Counted from the first letter of the stretch, positions 37,095 through 47,003 are shown. The stretch is 52,278 nt of DNA from Nitrospinaceae bacterium (GCA_028822815.1 JAPKCW010000001.1:1-52278), one strand, 5' to 3'. Made by a program: numbers and translations. Notes: generated by a model not told the origin, from the letters alone.

Positions 37095-37246
37095 GTACCC
37101 CTCCGGGGCATGAAAGTTAATGAAGAGGTCATCACGCAGGGGAGGCAACTAGCAAGGACTTGTTTGAGCCGAGAACATCGTTGCTAGCCAGATAAAGTCA
37201 TTGCCAGTCGGCTCCACGCCTAGTGGTTGCCGTAAAGAAAATTATC
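37095..37246 (+). repeat. composite repeat: module B + family-A unit filling the whole rimO-pfk spacer
   Basis: In order: GTACCCCTCCGGGGCATGAAAGTTAATGAAGAGG (37095-37128), ATCACGCAGG, then ...GGAGGCAACTAGC...GGCTCCACGCCTAGTGG (37210-26), then the tail TTGCCGTAAAGAAAATTATC. Confidence 0.8.
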
Positions 37247-37264
37247 GAATATATGGAGATGCCC

Positions 37265-38375
37265 ATGAGCCTTAAGCGTGTTGGAATTCTGACTGGGGGG
37301 GGATTGCTCCGGCCTCAATGCGGTGATCCGGGCGGTCACCCGGTCGGCGATTATCAGCTACGGGGCAGAAGTCATAGGTGTTGAGGAGGGGTTCGAGGGC
37401 CTGATCTTTAACCGGCACAGAAAACTCACTGTGGCTGGAACCCGGGACATACTGCCTTTGGGAGGAACCGTTCTTGGTACCACCAATAAAGGCGACCCTT
37501 TTGAATACCGTCAGTTCAGCAAGGACGGCCAGCTGACGACTCAGGATTATTCTCAACAATCGGTCGAAAATTTCAAACGTCTTGACCTGGACTGCCTGTT
37601 TGTGGTGGGTGGGGATGGGACTCTGCAACTGGGTTACAAGTTTTTTGAAAGAGGCTTGCCAGTGATCGGCATCCCCAAAACAATCGATAACGATCTGGTG
37701 GGCACGGACTATACCTTCGGTTACCAGACCGCTGTGCAGGTGGCTTGTGATGCGCTGGACCGACTGCAAACGACTGGAGAGAGCCACCATCGGGTCATGA
37801 TTCTAGAGGTTATGGGTCGGGACACAGGTTGGATCGCCCTGGAAGCCGGAATTTCCGGGGGAGCCCATGTCATCCTTATTCCGGAAATCCCTTATGATCT
37901 GGAAGAAGTGCTGGAAAAAATCCACTTGCGGCAAGAGGGTGGAAGCCCTTTCAGCATCATGGTGGTCGCAGAGGGTGCCAAAGAGATGGGTAAGGAAGCG
38001 ATCACCAGTGAAGCGGCATCTACCCGTTTGCAGGGAGTGGCTCAATTGGGCGGGGTAGGTAATTTTATAGCGAAACAATTGAGCGACCGAATCGATCTTG
38101 AAGTGCGTTGCACGGTTCTGGGGCATACTCAACGAGGTGGCACCCCCTTGTCATTCGACCGGGTTCTCGGTACCCGGCTGGGAATCCAGGCGGTGAAAGC
38201 TGCCGCAGAAGGGAAATTTGGCCATATGGTGGCGTTGCAAGCCCGCGATATTGTTTTGGTTCCACTTAAAAGCCTGGCGGGAATCGTTCGCCAGGTTCCA
38301 TCCGATTCGCAATTGATCCATACAGCCGAATCCATCGGCATCAGCTTGGGCCGCCGTACGCTGGCAGACTCCTAG
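37265..38375 (+). CDS. pfk: 6-phosphofructokinase (PfkA/Pfp family), frameshifted as sequenced
   Basis: MSLKRVGILTGG (ATG 37265, with GGAG 6 nt upstream) is out of frame with the main ORF. That ORF reads DCSGLNAVIRAV...GGDGTL...IPKTIDNDL...MGRDTGWIAL. The break is in the G8 run 37295-37302, inside the conserved TGGGD motif. Confidence 0.85.
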
Positions 38376-38552
38376 TGGTGGTTGTCACATCGCGTTGAAT
38401 ATGTTAATCTGAGCCACAACTTAGTTTCCCTTTATCGGGAACTTCCCAAAAAAATTACGCACGTTTCCGGATCAAGCCAAGGGTGGCCTACGGGTTCTTG
38501 GTGCGAGATGATGGAGGCGAAGGTACAACCCATTAACTTTTAAGGAGTTTGC

Positions 38553-39479
38553 ATGTCTGAAATCACAATGAAACAACTACTGGAGTCCGGGGTCCATTTC
38601 GGGCATCAGACCAATCGCTGGGACCCCAAGATGAAACCCTATATTTATGGGGCGCGAAGCGGGATATATATTATTGACCTGCAGAAAACACTGGTTCGTT
38701 TTCAGGAAGCTGAAAAAGTTGTCCGGGACATGGCTCGGGCAGGTAAGAAGATCCTTTTTGTGGCGACCAAAAAACAGGCGCAAGAGTTGATTGCCGAAGA
38801 AGCCACTCGTTGCGGAATGTACTACATCAACCAAAGATGGTTGGGTGGAACATTGACAAACTTTACCACCATTCGCAAAAGCATTGCCCGGTTGCACGAG
38901 TTGGAGAAGATGGATGAAGAAAATCAGTTTGATCTCTTACATAAAAAAGAAGCTTTGAGAATGAGAAGAGAAATTGACAAGCTGAATAAATTTTTCAGGG
39001 GTATCAAAAACATGAAGGATTTGCCGGATGCCCTGTTCATCGTTGATACCCGTAAAGAAAAAATAGCGCTGGCTGAGGGTAAAAAACTGGGGATTAAAAT
39101 TATAGCCATGGTCGATACCAACTCCAATCCGGATGACGTGGATTATCCCATCCCGGCAAATGATGACGCGATGCGTTCCATCAAACTGTTTGCCAGCCGG
39201 CTTGCGGATATTTGCCTGGAAGGGCAGGAAATGAACAGGATCATCCAAGAAAAAGAAAACGCTAAAAAAGAAGAAGCCAAAAAAGCCGAAGCTAAAAAAG
39301 CTGAAGCTAAAAAAGAAGAAGCCAAAAAAGCCGAAGCTAAAAAAGCCGAAGCTAAAAAAGCCGAAGCTAAAAAAGCCGAAGCTAAAAAAGCCGAGGCCAA
39401 AGAAAGCACAAAGGAAAAACCCGCACCGGCTGATTTGCCGGAATCAACACCGGTCGCCAGTGACAACGGGAAAAGCTAA
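38553..39479 (+). CDS. rpsB: 30S ribosomal protein S2 with repetitive Lys/Ala/Glu C-terminal extension
   Basis: [22 protein letters not shown]...[10 protein letters not shown] are canonical S2 motifs. The last ~80 aa are AKK(A/E)E repeats plus a Pro/Ser tail. Confidence 0.95.
   Translation: MSEITMKQLLESGVHFGHQTNRWDPKMKPYIYGARSGIYIIDLQKTLVRFQEAEKVVRDMARAGKKILFVATKKQAQELIAEEATRCGMYYINQRWLGGTLTNFTTIRKSIARLHELEKMDEENQFDLLHKKEALRMRREIDKLNKFFRGIKNMKDLPDALFIVDTRKEKIALAEGKKLGIKIIAMVDTNSNPDDVDYPIPANDDAMRSIKLFASRLADICLEGQEMNRIIQEKENAKKEEAKKAEAKKAEAKKEEAKKAEAKKAEAKKAEAKKAEAKKAEAKESTKEKPAPADLPESTPVASDNGKS
39261..39404 (+). repeat. in-frame 15-nt tandem repeat (about 9.5 units of GCYAAAAAAGMMGAA) inside rpsB
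   Basis: Nine consecutive pentapeptides [10 protein letters not shown], read directly from the sequence. Confidence 0.9.
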
Positions 39480-39644
39480 GACCCAATGCCTGCCTGAACC
39501 ACTATCCTTGGGTTCCTATTAAGTTAAGAAACAAGCGATCCCTTTATAGGGAAGAAGGCATATCCCATAGAGGGCCGAATCCGGGGGTTGGAAGAACCGG
39601 TGGCGATGAATTCAATTTTAACAAACAATGATTAAGGAAATAGA

Positions 39645-40232
39645 ATGGAAATAACTGCTGCGATGGTTAAAGAATTACGCTCCCAGTCGGGCGCGGGAAT
39701 CATGGAGTGTAAATCGGCCCTGAAAGAAACCGAAGGTAATGTGGAAGATGCGATCATATTTCTTAGAAAAAAAGGACTGGCAAAGGCAGATAAAAAGTCT
39801 GACCGCCAGACCACTGAAGGAAAAATTGGCACCTACATTCATCAGGGTAGCAAAATCGGGGTGTTGTTGGCACTCCACTGCGAAACGGATTTTGTGGCCA
39901 ATACCCCTGATTTTCAGGACCTGGCCAAGGATATTGCCATGCATATTGCTGCCTCTAAACCGCGCTTTGCCACCCGCGAAGAGGTGACCGAAAAGATTCT
40001 GGCAACAGAACGGGAGATCTATTCCCATCAGGCCAGGGAATCAGGAAAACCGGACAACATCATTGAAAAGATCGTGACGGGAAAAATGGAAAAATTCTAC
40101 GAAGAAAACTGCGTGCTTGAGCAAGCCTTCGTTAAGGATACCAGTATTACCATTGGCAATTTGATCAAACAGAAAATTGCCCTGTTGGGTGAAAATATCA
40201 ACCTTGGTAAATTTGCAAGATTTGAAATTTAA
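39645..40232 (+). CDS. tsf: translation elongation factor Ts (short form)
   Basis: [24 protein letters not shown]...GNVEDAI.FLRKKG and HCETDFVA motifs. Confidence 0.93.
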   Translation: MEITAAMVKELRSQSGAGIMECKSALKETEGNVEDAIIFLRKKGLAKADKKSDRQTTEGKIGTYIHQGSKIGVLLALHCETDFVANTPDFQDLAKDIAMHIAASKPRFATREEVTEKILATEREIYSHQARESGKPDNIIEKIVTGKMEKFYEENCVLEQAFVKDTSITIGNLIKQKIALLGENINLGKFARFEI

Positions 40233-40951
40233 TGGACAAACCGATTTATAAAAGGGTTTTGTTGAAGCTTGGCGGAGAAAGTCTGGCCGCTGGAGAAGGC
40301 GAATTTGGTCTGGATGAGGGAGCCCTGACAAATATTTCGGAAGAAATCCGTGACGCCAAAGAACTGGGAGTGGAAATTGCTATTGTTATCGGGGGAGGCA
40401 ATATTCTAAGAGGAGCATCCTTGAGCTCCATAGGAATCGAACGCACCACAGGCGACTATATGGGGATGCTCGCTACAGTGATCAATGGCTTGGCGTTGCA
40501 ACATGCCTTGGAGCGCGTTGGAATTGCCACCCGTGTGCAATCGGCGATCGAAATTCAGGCGGTGTCGGAAGCCTATGTGCGCCGCCGTGCGATTCGTCAT
40601 CTTGAAAAAGGGCGTGTTGTTATATTCGCAGGCGGGACGGGCAACCCCTATTTTACCACCGACACCGCAGCATCTCTAAGAGCCATGGAAATTGGCGCGG
40701 AAGTGATTTTTAAAGCCACAAAGGTCGATGGAATTTATACCGCCGACCCCATGGTCGATGAGTCGGCAACGAAATTTCAGGAATTGTCTTATCTGGATGT
40801 GCTGAATAAGGGTTTGAAGGTTATGGATTCGACCTCGATATCCCTTTGCATGGATAACAAACTACCGCTGGTTATTTTTAATGTTCGTAATAAACATAGT
40901 ATTAAACGGGTTCTGATGGGTGAAAAACTTGGCACCACAGTGGGGGTCTGA
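40232..40951 (+). CDS. pyrH: UMP kinase
   Basis: [35 protein letters not shown] and [16 protein letters not shown] motifs. Confidence 0.95.
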   Translation: MDKPIYKRVLLKLGGESLAAGEGEFGLDEGALTNISEEIRDAKELGVEIAIVIGGGNILRGASLSSIGIERTTGDYMGMLATVINGLALQHALERVGIATRVQSAIEIQAVSEAYVRRRAIRHLEKGRVVIFAGGTGNPYFTTDTAASLRAMEIGAEVIFKATKVDGIYTADPMVDESATKFQELSYLDVLNKGLKVMDSTSISLCMDNKLPLVIFNVRNKHSIKRVLMGEKLGTTVGV

Positions 40952-40953
40952 AA

Positions 40954-41511
40954 ATGATTGCTGATTTAATCCAGGACGCGGAAAAGAAAATGGGGATCTC
41001 GATCGACCACCTGCATCATGAGTTAGGGAAGTTGCGGACAGGTCAGGCTTCGGTAGCCCTGTTGGATGATCTCAAGGTCGATTATTATGGAACCCCGACC
41101 CCTTTAAAGCAGGTGGCGACTTTAGGCGCTCCAGACAGCCAAACCCTGACGATCCAGCCTTGGGAAGCATCGATTTTGAAGGAAATCGAAAAAGCCATCC
41201 AGGCTTCAGATCTGGGCCTGACTCCCAACAACGATGGCAAGGCGATCCGGCTCACCATTCCACCGTTGACCAGTGAGCGACGGCAACAATTGGTTAAACT
41301 GGTAAAAAAATATGCTGAGGAATGCAAGGTGGCCATTCGGAATGTGCGCAAGCATGTTAACGATAAAATGAAAAAATCAGAAAAAAACCATGAAGTGTCT
41401 GAGGACGAAAGCCACAAAGGGATTGATGATATCCAGAAAACAACTGATAAGTTTGTCGCCGAAGTCGATAAAATTTCCCATGCTAAAGAAAAAGATGTGA
41501 TGGATGTGTGA
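40954..41511 (+). CDS. frr: ribosome recycling factor
   Basis: LRTGQASVALLD...V.YYG..TPL.Q.A, IRL.IPPLT.ERR..L.K motifs; 185 aa. Confidence 0.95.
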   Translation: MIADLIQDAEKKMGISIDHLHHELGKLRTGQASVALLDDLKVDYYGTPTPLKQVATLGAPDSQTLTIQPWEASILKEIEKAIQASDLGLTPNNDGKAIRLTIPPLTSERRQQLVKLVKKYAEECKVAIRNVRKHVNDKMKKSEKNHEVSEDESHKGIDDIQKTTDKFVAEVDKISHAKEKDVMDV

Positions 41512-41604
41512 AGCAATTTTTTGTAATATCTTGGTAGTATGTTTGTCAAAGAGCCTATCTTCTTCTCACCGGCGGGTTTAGCCGATTAATCAGGAGCCGC
41601 CTTC

Positions 41605-42360
41605 TTGCTCAATACAGCGTTACAGGAAAAAATAGACCCCAGTCGTCTGCCCCGGCATGTCGCCATTATTATGGATGGCAATGGACGCTGGGCGCAAAAT
41701 CATTCTCTCCCTCGGGTTGAGGGCCATTGGGCAGGGGTTAAGGTAGTGGACCGCATTGTCACTCTGAGCCGAAAACTCAAACTGGAAGCCCTAACCCTTT
41801 ATTCGTTTTCAGATGAGAACTGGAACCGACCTTCTGCAGAAATCAACACGCTCATGAAAATTCTGAGCTTTTATTTGAAAAAGGAACTGAAGCGAATGAA
41901 AGAAGAGAATATACGCTTCAATACCATTGGGCATATTGAGGACTTGCCCGAGGCAATTCGAAAACTGACCCATGATTCCATGGAAGATACCCGCGGCAAC
42001 ACTGGCATGGTTCTTACCCTGGCTCTGAGTTACGGAGGCAGGCAGGAAATCATAGATGCGGTAAAAAAAATTGCCGAACAGGTGCGTTCGGGGCAGCTCA
42101 GACCAGAAGAAATTGACTTGCCACTGTTTGAATCGTTCCTTTCCACCTACCCGCTTCCCGATCCGGACCTGATTATCCGTACCAGCGGAGAAAGAAGGAT
42201 CAGCAATTTTCTTTTGTACCAGAGCGCTTATACTGAATTATTTTACAGCAATGTGTTGTGGCCGGACTTTTCGGATGAGGATTTCCTGAACGCCATCATC
42301 GACTTCCAGGGCAGAGAGCGGCGCTTTGGAATGACGCAAGAGCAAATTGTAAAAGCCTGA
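41605..42360 (+). CDS. uppS: di-trans,poly-cis-undecaprenyl-diphosphate synthase
   Basis: PRHVAIIMDGNGRWA, LTLYSFSDENW.RP, IRTSGERRISNFLLYQSAYTELFY motifs. TTG start. Confidence 0.93.
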   Translation: MLNTALQEKIDPSRLPRHVAIIMDGNGRWAQNHSLPRVEGHWAGVKVVDRIVTLSRKLKLEALTLYSFSDENWNRPSAEINTLMKILSFYLKKELKRMKEENIRFNTIGHIEDLPEAIRKLTHDSMEDTRGNTGMVLTLALSYGGRQEIIDAVKKIAEQVRSGQLRPEEIDLPLFESFLSTYPLPDPDLIIRTSGERRISNFLLYQSAYTELFYSNVLWPDFSDEDFLNAIIDFQGRERRFGMTQEQIVKA

Positions 42361-42446
42361 CCTCAAACCTAGACCGTTCCTATTTTGAAACCCATACCCA
42401 TTGTCCTAAACATTCCGCTTCATCCAAACCTGACAGGAGCAGGCTC

Positions 42447-43241
42447 TTGAAACGCGTTAGCAGTGGAGCCATTGCCATTCCGCTTGTATTGGGAGTTGTG
42501 TTGTATGGTTCTCCCCTTTTGTTCTTTTTTCTTGTTGCGGTGATTGTTTTGATTGCAAGTCACGAATACTTTTCCATGATTTCAAAAATGGGTGTGGAGG
42601 GTTTTCCCATCGAGGGGGGGCTATTGAGTTTCCTGCTCCTATGGGGTTTTTACCTGGGGACAAAATTTCTACTTATTTTTGCAGTCCTGCTGCCTTTAGT
42701 TTTGTTTACCACCTGGTTCTTCAGGGAAAAAAATGTGGAAGTGGCTTTGGACCATATTGCTTATACGCTGATGGGAATCTTTTACATCGCGGGATTGGGC
42801 GGGTACTTTCTGTTGATACATAGTCTGGAAGGGGGAAGCCAAATGATCGTGTTCCTCCTGCTACTGATTTGGGCCGGTGACGCGGCGGCTTATTATGGAG
42901 GCCGGAACCTGGGAAAACATAAGCTGCTGCCTGTGATCAGCCCCAATAAAACGGTGGAAGGGGCTATCGCCAATGTACTGGGAACTCTTCTAGCTGCAGG
43001 TGTCTCCAAATTATGGTTTTTTGGGGAAATTTCGCTAATGCATTGTTTGATTGTGGCCTTTATATGCGGTATCATCGGACAGTTTGGAGATTTTTTGGAA
43101 TCTCTGATAAAAAGAAATTGTCGGGTGAAAGATTCCGGCTCATTGATTCCAGGTCACGGTGGTGTTCTGGATCGTATTGATAGCCTGTTGTTTGCTGGCC
43201 CGGCATTCTATTGTTATCACCAATGGTTCTTGGGGACATAA
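42447..43241 (+). CDS. cdsA: phosphatidate cytidylyltransferase
   Basis: Multi-TM protein. SPNKTVEGAI and FGDF.ES..KR...VKDSG.LIPGHGGVLDRIDSLLF form the CdsA signature. TTG start as in the ORF track. Confidence 0.9.
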   Translation: MKRVSSGAIAIPLVLGVVLYGSPLLFFFLVAVIVLIASHEYFSMISKMGVEGFPIEGGLLSFLLLWGFYLGTKFLLIFAVLLPLVLFTTWFFREKNVEVALDHIAYTLMGIFYIAGLGGYFLLIHSLEGGSQMIVFLLLLIWAGDAAAYYGGRNLGKHKLLPVISPNKTVEGAIANVLGTLLAAGVSKLWFFGEISLMHCLIVAFICGIIGQFGDFLESLIKRNCRVKDSGSLIPGHGGVLDRIDSLLFAGPAFYCYHQWFLGT

Positions 43242-43299
43242 TTAAGAGGCTCTCTAGAGAGGCTCTCTTAAACCTCCTCTTCGTTGTCAGGGCATCCGC

Positions 43300-44457
43300 A
43301 TGAAAAAAATATCCCTTTTGGGCTCAACGGGTTCTATCGGTGTCAACACTCTGGATGTTATAGAGCGTTATCCGGAAAGTTTTCAGGTTTGCGCCCTGTC
43401 TGCCGGAAGCAATGTAGACTTGTTTGCCCGCCAGATTCGAAAATTCAAACCCGCGCTGGCGGCCCTGTTTGACTCGACGAAAATAGATGCGTTGAAAGAG
43501 CTTGTTGGCGATTTGGATGTGGAAATCGTTTCTGGTCAGGAAGGCACGGTTTCTGCCGCTTCTTTTTCTGAAGCCGACCTGGTTGTTTCCGGAGTGGTTG
43601 GAAGTGCCGGATTGCTCCCTGCCCTTTCGGCCCTCAAAGCTGGTAAAAACCTTGCACTCGCCAATAAGGAAACGCTTGTCATAGCAGGGGAACTGGTTCT
43701 TAAAGAAGCGGAACGTACTCATACCCGCATCATCCCTATTGACAGCGAACACAGCGCAATTTTCCAGGTATTAAACGGGGAAAAACCTGAGCGTATCAAG
43801 AAAATTATCCTGACTGCGTCCGGCGGACCTTTCAGAACTTTTACCCTCAAGCAGATGGAGAACGTGACGGTAAAAGAAGCACTCAATCACCCCAACTGGA
43901 GCATGGGAGCTAAAATCACCATCGACTCTTCCACCATGATGAACAAGGGCCTTGAGTATATAGAGGCTAAATGGTTGTTCGGGGTGGATACGAAGGTCGA
44001 GATCATCGTTCACGCGCAGAGTATCATTCATTCGATGATCGAGTTTGTCGACACTTCCATCATCGCGCAGTTGGGGATTCCGGATATGCGGGTTCCCATT
44101 GCTTACGCGCTGACTTATCCGGACCGGTTTGAAAGTGAACTGCCTTCTTTAGACCTGGCCTCTATGGGAAATCTGACTTTTGAGGCCCCGGACTTTGAAA
44201 GATTTCCCTGCCTGAAATTGGCCATGGATGCTATGGAAATGGGCCAGACTATGCCGGCGGTACTCAATGCCGCTAATGAAATTGCGGTGCAGGCGTTCCT
44301 CGATGAACTGATCCCCTATAAAGATATCGCAGAGATCATTCGCATGGTTATGCAAAATCACAGCCCGGTTTCCCTGCATGAATTGCAAAATGTTCTGGAT
44401 GCCGACCACTGGGCCCGTGAAGAAGCCACTAAACTCATTACCGTCACCCACCACTAG
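43300..44457 (+). CDS. dxr: 1-deoxy-D-xylulose-5-phosphate reductoisomerase
   Basis: KKISLLGSTGSIG.NTLDVI, LANKE.LV, PIDSEHSAIFQ, LTASGGPFR, HPNWSMG.KITIDS.TMMNKGLE motifs. The stop TAG lies inside a repeat end. Confidence 0.95.
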   Translation: MKKISLLGSTGSIGVNTLDVIERYPESFQVCALSAGSNVDLFARQIRKFKPALAALFDSTKIDALKELVGDLDVEIVSGQEGTVSAASFSEADLVVSGVVGSAGLLPALSALKAGKNLALANKETLVIAGELVLKEAERTHTRIIPIDSEHSAIFQVLNGEKPERIKKIILTASGGPFRTFTLKQMENVTVKEALNHPNWSMGAKITIDSSTMMNKGLEYIEAKWLFGVDTKVEIIVHAQSIIHSMIEFVDTSIIAQLGIPDMRVPIAYALTYPDRFESELPSLDLASMGNLTFEAPDFERFPCLKLAMDAMEMGQTMPAVLNAANEIAVQAFLDELIPYKDIAEIIRMVMQNHSPVSLHELQNVLDADHWAREEATKLITVTHH

Positions 44458-44569
44458 CCCGGGCCAAGCGGCCGGCGGCGATTAGCAATGACTTAAACTG
44501 GTAAACATAAAGTTCTCTCGGCCTAAGGAGCTTTTCTCCCTCTTTTTAAAGAGGGGCTGGGGTGATTTA
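44451..44569 (-). repeat. family-A REP/MITE-like repeat, reverse orientation, with distal 33-nt hairpin module
   Basis: It starts with CCACTAGCCCGGGCC at the dxr stop and ends with TCCCTCTTTTTAAAGAGGGGCTGGGGTGATTTA (44537-44569). That end is near-identical to 9617-9650. Confidence 0.75.
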
Positions 44570-44602
44570 CATTATGGGGTTGTTTAATATTTTTCTCTCG
44601 CA

Positions 44603-45094
44603 ATGAATTTACCTGATATTCGTATTGGCAATGGTTACGATGTGCACCGTCTGGTTGAGGGCAGAAAACTCATCCTGGGTGGAGTCGATGTTCCGCATTC
44701 GATGGGACTGGACGGGCACTCTGATGCCGATGTTCTGGTGCATGCTTTATGCGATGCCCTGCTTGGCGCATTGGGCGCTGGAGATATCGGTAAGTATTTC
44801 CCGGACACCGATCCGAAGTGGAAGGGCGTCTCCAGCCTGCACCTGCTCAAAGAAGTCGTGCGCATGTGCAAAGGTTTTAAACTTGCTAATGCCGACTCGG
44901 TGATCGTTGCACAACAACCCAAGCTGGCCCCCTATATTTCGCAAATGAAAAAGAATATTGCTTTGGCGATGGATGTCGAACCAGACCGGATTAATATCAA
45001 GGCCACCACAACAGAAAAGCTCGGTTTTGCCGGGCGGGAAGAAGGCATCTCTGCGTATGCGGTGGCCTTATTGGTAAAAAATGACAGACCCTGA
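44603..45094 (+). CDS. ispF: 2-C-methyl-D-erythritol 2,4-cyclodiphosphate synthase
   Basis: [31 protein letters not shown] and DIG..FPD motifs. Confidence 0.93.
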   Translation: MNLPDIRIGNGYDVHRLVEGRKLILGGVDVPHSMGLDGHSDADVLVHALCDALLGALGAGDIGKYFPDTDPKWKGVSSLHLLKEVVRMCKGFKLANADSVIVAQQPKLAPYISQMKKNIALAMDVEPDRINIKATTTEKLGFAGREEGISAYAVALLVKNDRP

Positions 45095-46334
45095 TCAACG
45101 CATCGTAATCACAGGGATAGGCTTGACTTCCCCCAATGGCAACAACCTGCAGGAGTTTCGTCAAAACCTGTTAAACGGGGTTTCGGGAGTGCAACACTTC
45201 GAGACCCGGTATATGGGAAAGGTCCTCGCGGGGGTCTGTGATTTTGATGAACTGAAATACCAGAAAAAAAAGGAACGCCGCCGTGGCACCCGGGCCGGGT
45301 CCGTTGCCATCTACTGCTCGCGCGAAGCTTTTGCCAATGCCGAAATTGACTTGGAAGCGATTGACCGCTCCAGGGTAGGCGTCTATCTGGGGGTGACCGA
45401 GCATGGCAATGTCGAGACCGAGAACGAGGTCTACAACATCAGCCAGTATGATTATGATGTTAAGTTCTGGTCGCACCATCATAATCCTCGTACGGTTTCC
45501 AACAACCCTGCGGGAGAAGTGACCTTGAACATGAAAATCACCGGGCCGCATTACACCATCGGCGCGGCCTGCGCGGCAGGAAATCTGGGAGTTATCCAAG
45601 GTCTGCAGATGTTGCGGCTGGGTGAGGTCGATCTCGCTTTGGCGGGAGGGGTGTCCGAGAGTATTCATACCTTCGGTATATTTGCCAGCTTTAAAAGCGA
45701 AGGCGCCCTGGCCACGCATGAAGACCCCGCTAAAGCCAGCCGGCCCTTTGATAAAAACCGTAACGGAATTGTTTGCTCAGAAGGAGGGTGCGTCTATACC
45801 CTGGAACGGCTTACTGACGCTAAAAAGCGCGGGGCGAAAATTTACGGAGAGATCGTGGGGTATTCCATGAACTCTGATGCGATTGATTTTATTCTGCCCG
45901 ACCCGGGCAGGCAGGCCCAGTGCATACGTCTGGCGCTGGAGAGGGCCGGACTCGAGCCGGGCGACATCGATATCCTCAACGCGCACGCAACGGCAACGCA
46001 AATGGGAGACATCCAGGAAGCCAAGGCCCTGCGCGAAGTGTTCGGCGATAACTGCAAAGTGCGGATCAATAATACAAAAAGTTTCATCGGTCATACCATG
46101 GGTGCGGCAGGCACGCTGGAACTTTCCGGCAACCTGCCAGCATTCGATGACCTCATAGTCCACCCCACTATCAACCTGGACGATCTCGATCCGGAATGCG
46201 CCTTGAATAACCTCGTGGCTAACAAACCGGAAAAAATTCCCTCCGTAGATTACATCATGAACAATTCCTTCGGCATGTTCGGCATTAACTCTGTCCTGAT
46301 AGTCCGCAGTCCCTCTGCTGGGAACTTGCAATAG
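45081..46334 (+). CDS. beta-ketoacyl-ACP synthase (FabF/FabB-like elongating KAS)
   Basis: Active-site contexts are TIGAACAAG (Cys), NAHATAT (His) and IGHTMGAAG (His). The start overlaps the ispF stop by 14 nt. Confidence 0.88.
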   Translation: MTDPDQRIVITGIGLTSPNGNNLQEFRQNLLNGVSGVQHFETRYMGKVLAGVCDFDELKYQKKKERRRGTRAGSVAIYCSREAFANAEIDLEAIDRSRVGVYLGVTEHGNVETENEVYNISQYDYDVKFWSHHHNPRTVSNNPAGEVTLNMKITGPHYTIGAACAAGNLGVIQGLQMLRLGEVDLALAGGVSESIHTFGIFASFKSEGALATHEDPAKASRPFDKNRNGIVCSEGGCVYTLERLTDAKKRGAKIYGEIVGYSMNSDAIDFILPDPGRQAQCIRLALERAGLEPGDIDILNAHATATQMGDIQEAKALREVFGDNCKVRINNTKSFIGHTMGAAGTLELSGNLPAFDDLIVHPTINLDDLDPECALNNLVANKPEKIPSVDYIMNNSFGMFGINSVLIVRSPSAGNLQ

Positions 46335-46385
46335 CTTTTTACTGCGCCCAATTGGTCTTTAAGCTTTATGGACCATGGCAATTTG

Positions 46386-46499
46386 CCAGCGGAGGCTCTC
46401 CGCCCACTCCTGTGGGGGAAATCAGCAAGCACTTCTCAAGCCGACGGGGCCTCCTGATCGCCAGAGAAAGTTTTTGCCCGCTGGCCCCACGCCTAGTGG
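46386..46499 (+). repeat. family-A REP/MITE-like repeat, forward orientation, between KAS and ACP
   Basis: CCAGCGGAGGC...GGCCCCACGCCTAGTGG (46483-46499). It ends 68 nt before the ACP ATG. Confidence 0.75.
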
Positions 46500-46567
46500 A
46501 AAATTAGGGTTGAAATCTGCCCTATCTTCTACTAAAATCAGGGTTAAAGTGGATTTCGGAGACAAGT

Positions 46568-46831
46568 ATGACGATTGAAGATATACGACAGGTTATTCTT
46601 AATATCCTTGCCGATATTGCCCCGGATGAGGATATCAGTTCCATTGACGACAACACAAAACTGAGGGACCAGATTGATCTGGATTCCATGGATTTTCTCG
46701 ATATCGTCATGGAGCTTCGCAAGCGGTTTAACATCGAAGTGCCGGAAAAGGATTACGAGCATCTGGCAACGCTGGCCGGTTGTGTTTCTTATCTCACCCC
46801 ATTATTAAAAGACCGACAGTTGGCCAGTTAG
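46568..46831 (+). CDS. acyl carrier protein (non-housekeeping type)
   Basis: 87 aa. The phosphopantetheine site context is QIDLDSMDFLDIVMELRKRF. Confidence 0.85.
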   Translation: MTIEDIRQVILNILADIAPDEDISSIDDNTKLRDQIDLDSMDFLDIVMELRKRFNIEVPEKDYEHLATLAGCVSYLTPLLKDRQLAS

Positions 46832-46937
46832 GTTTTATACCCCCTCCCTTTTTTGACCCCAAAACAGATTCAGTTAAGTCGATATACCTTTTGCTCGCAA
46901 GGTAGAGTTATTGCTTACTGGGTCCAGCGAGTTATAT

Positions 46938-46985
46938 CTTCTTCATTAAATTTCATGCCCCGCATGGGGTATCACGCTGGCGCAG
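46938..46985 (-). repeat. module-B repeat, inverted copy, followed by ATCACGCTGGCGCAG
   Basis: CTTCTTCATTAAATTTCATGCCCCGCATGGGGT is the reverse complement of the module at 37095-37128 and 52177-52211. Confidence 0.65.
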
Positions 46986-47003
46986 TGGTGGTATAATTTG
47001 GCT

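Noticed and set aside
39143-39466. A 107-aa antisense ORF with an ASAFL repeat, and the possibility that the 15-nt periodic region is a CRISPR-like array.
   Set aside because: The period is 15 nt with no spacers. It is in frame within rpsB and encodes AKKAE pentapeptides. The antisense ORF is just the complement of that repeat.
46375-46578. A 67-aa plus-strand ORF and a 60-aa minus-strand ORF in the KAS-ACP spacer.
   Set aside because: Both are read straight through the family-A repeat unit, and the plus-strand ORF ends inside the ACP gene. They are repeat-derived artefacts.
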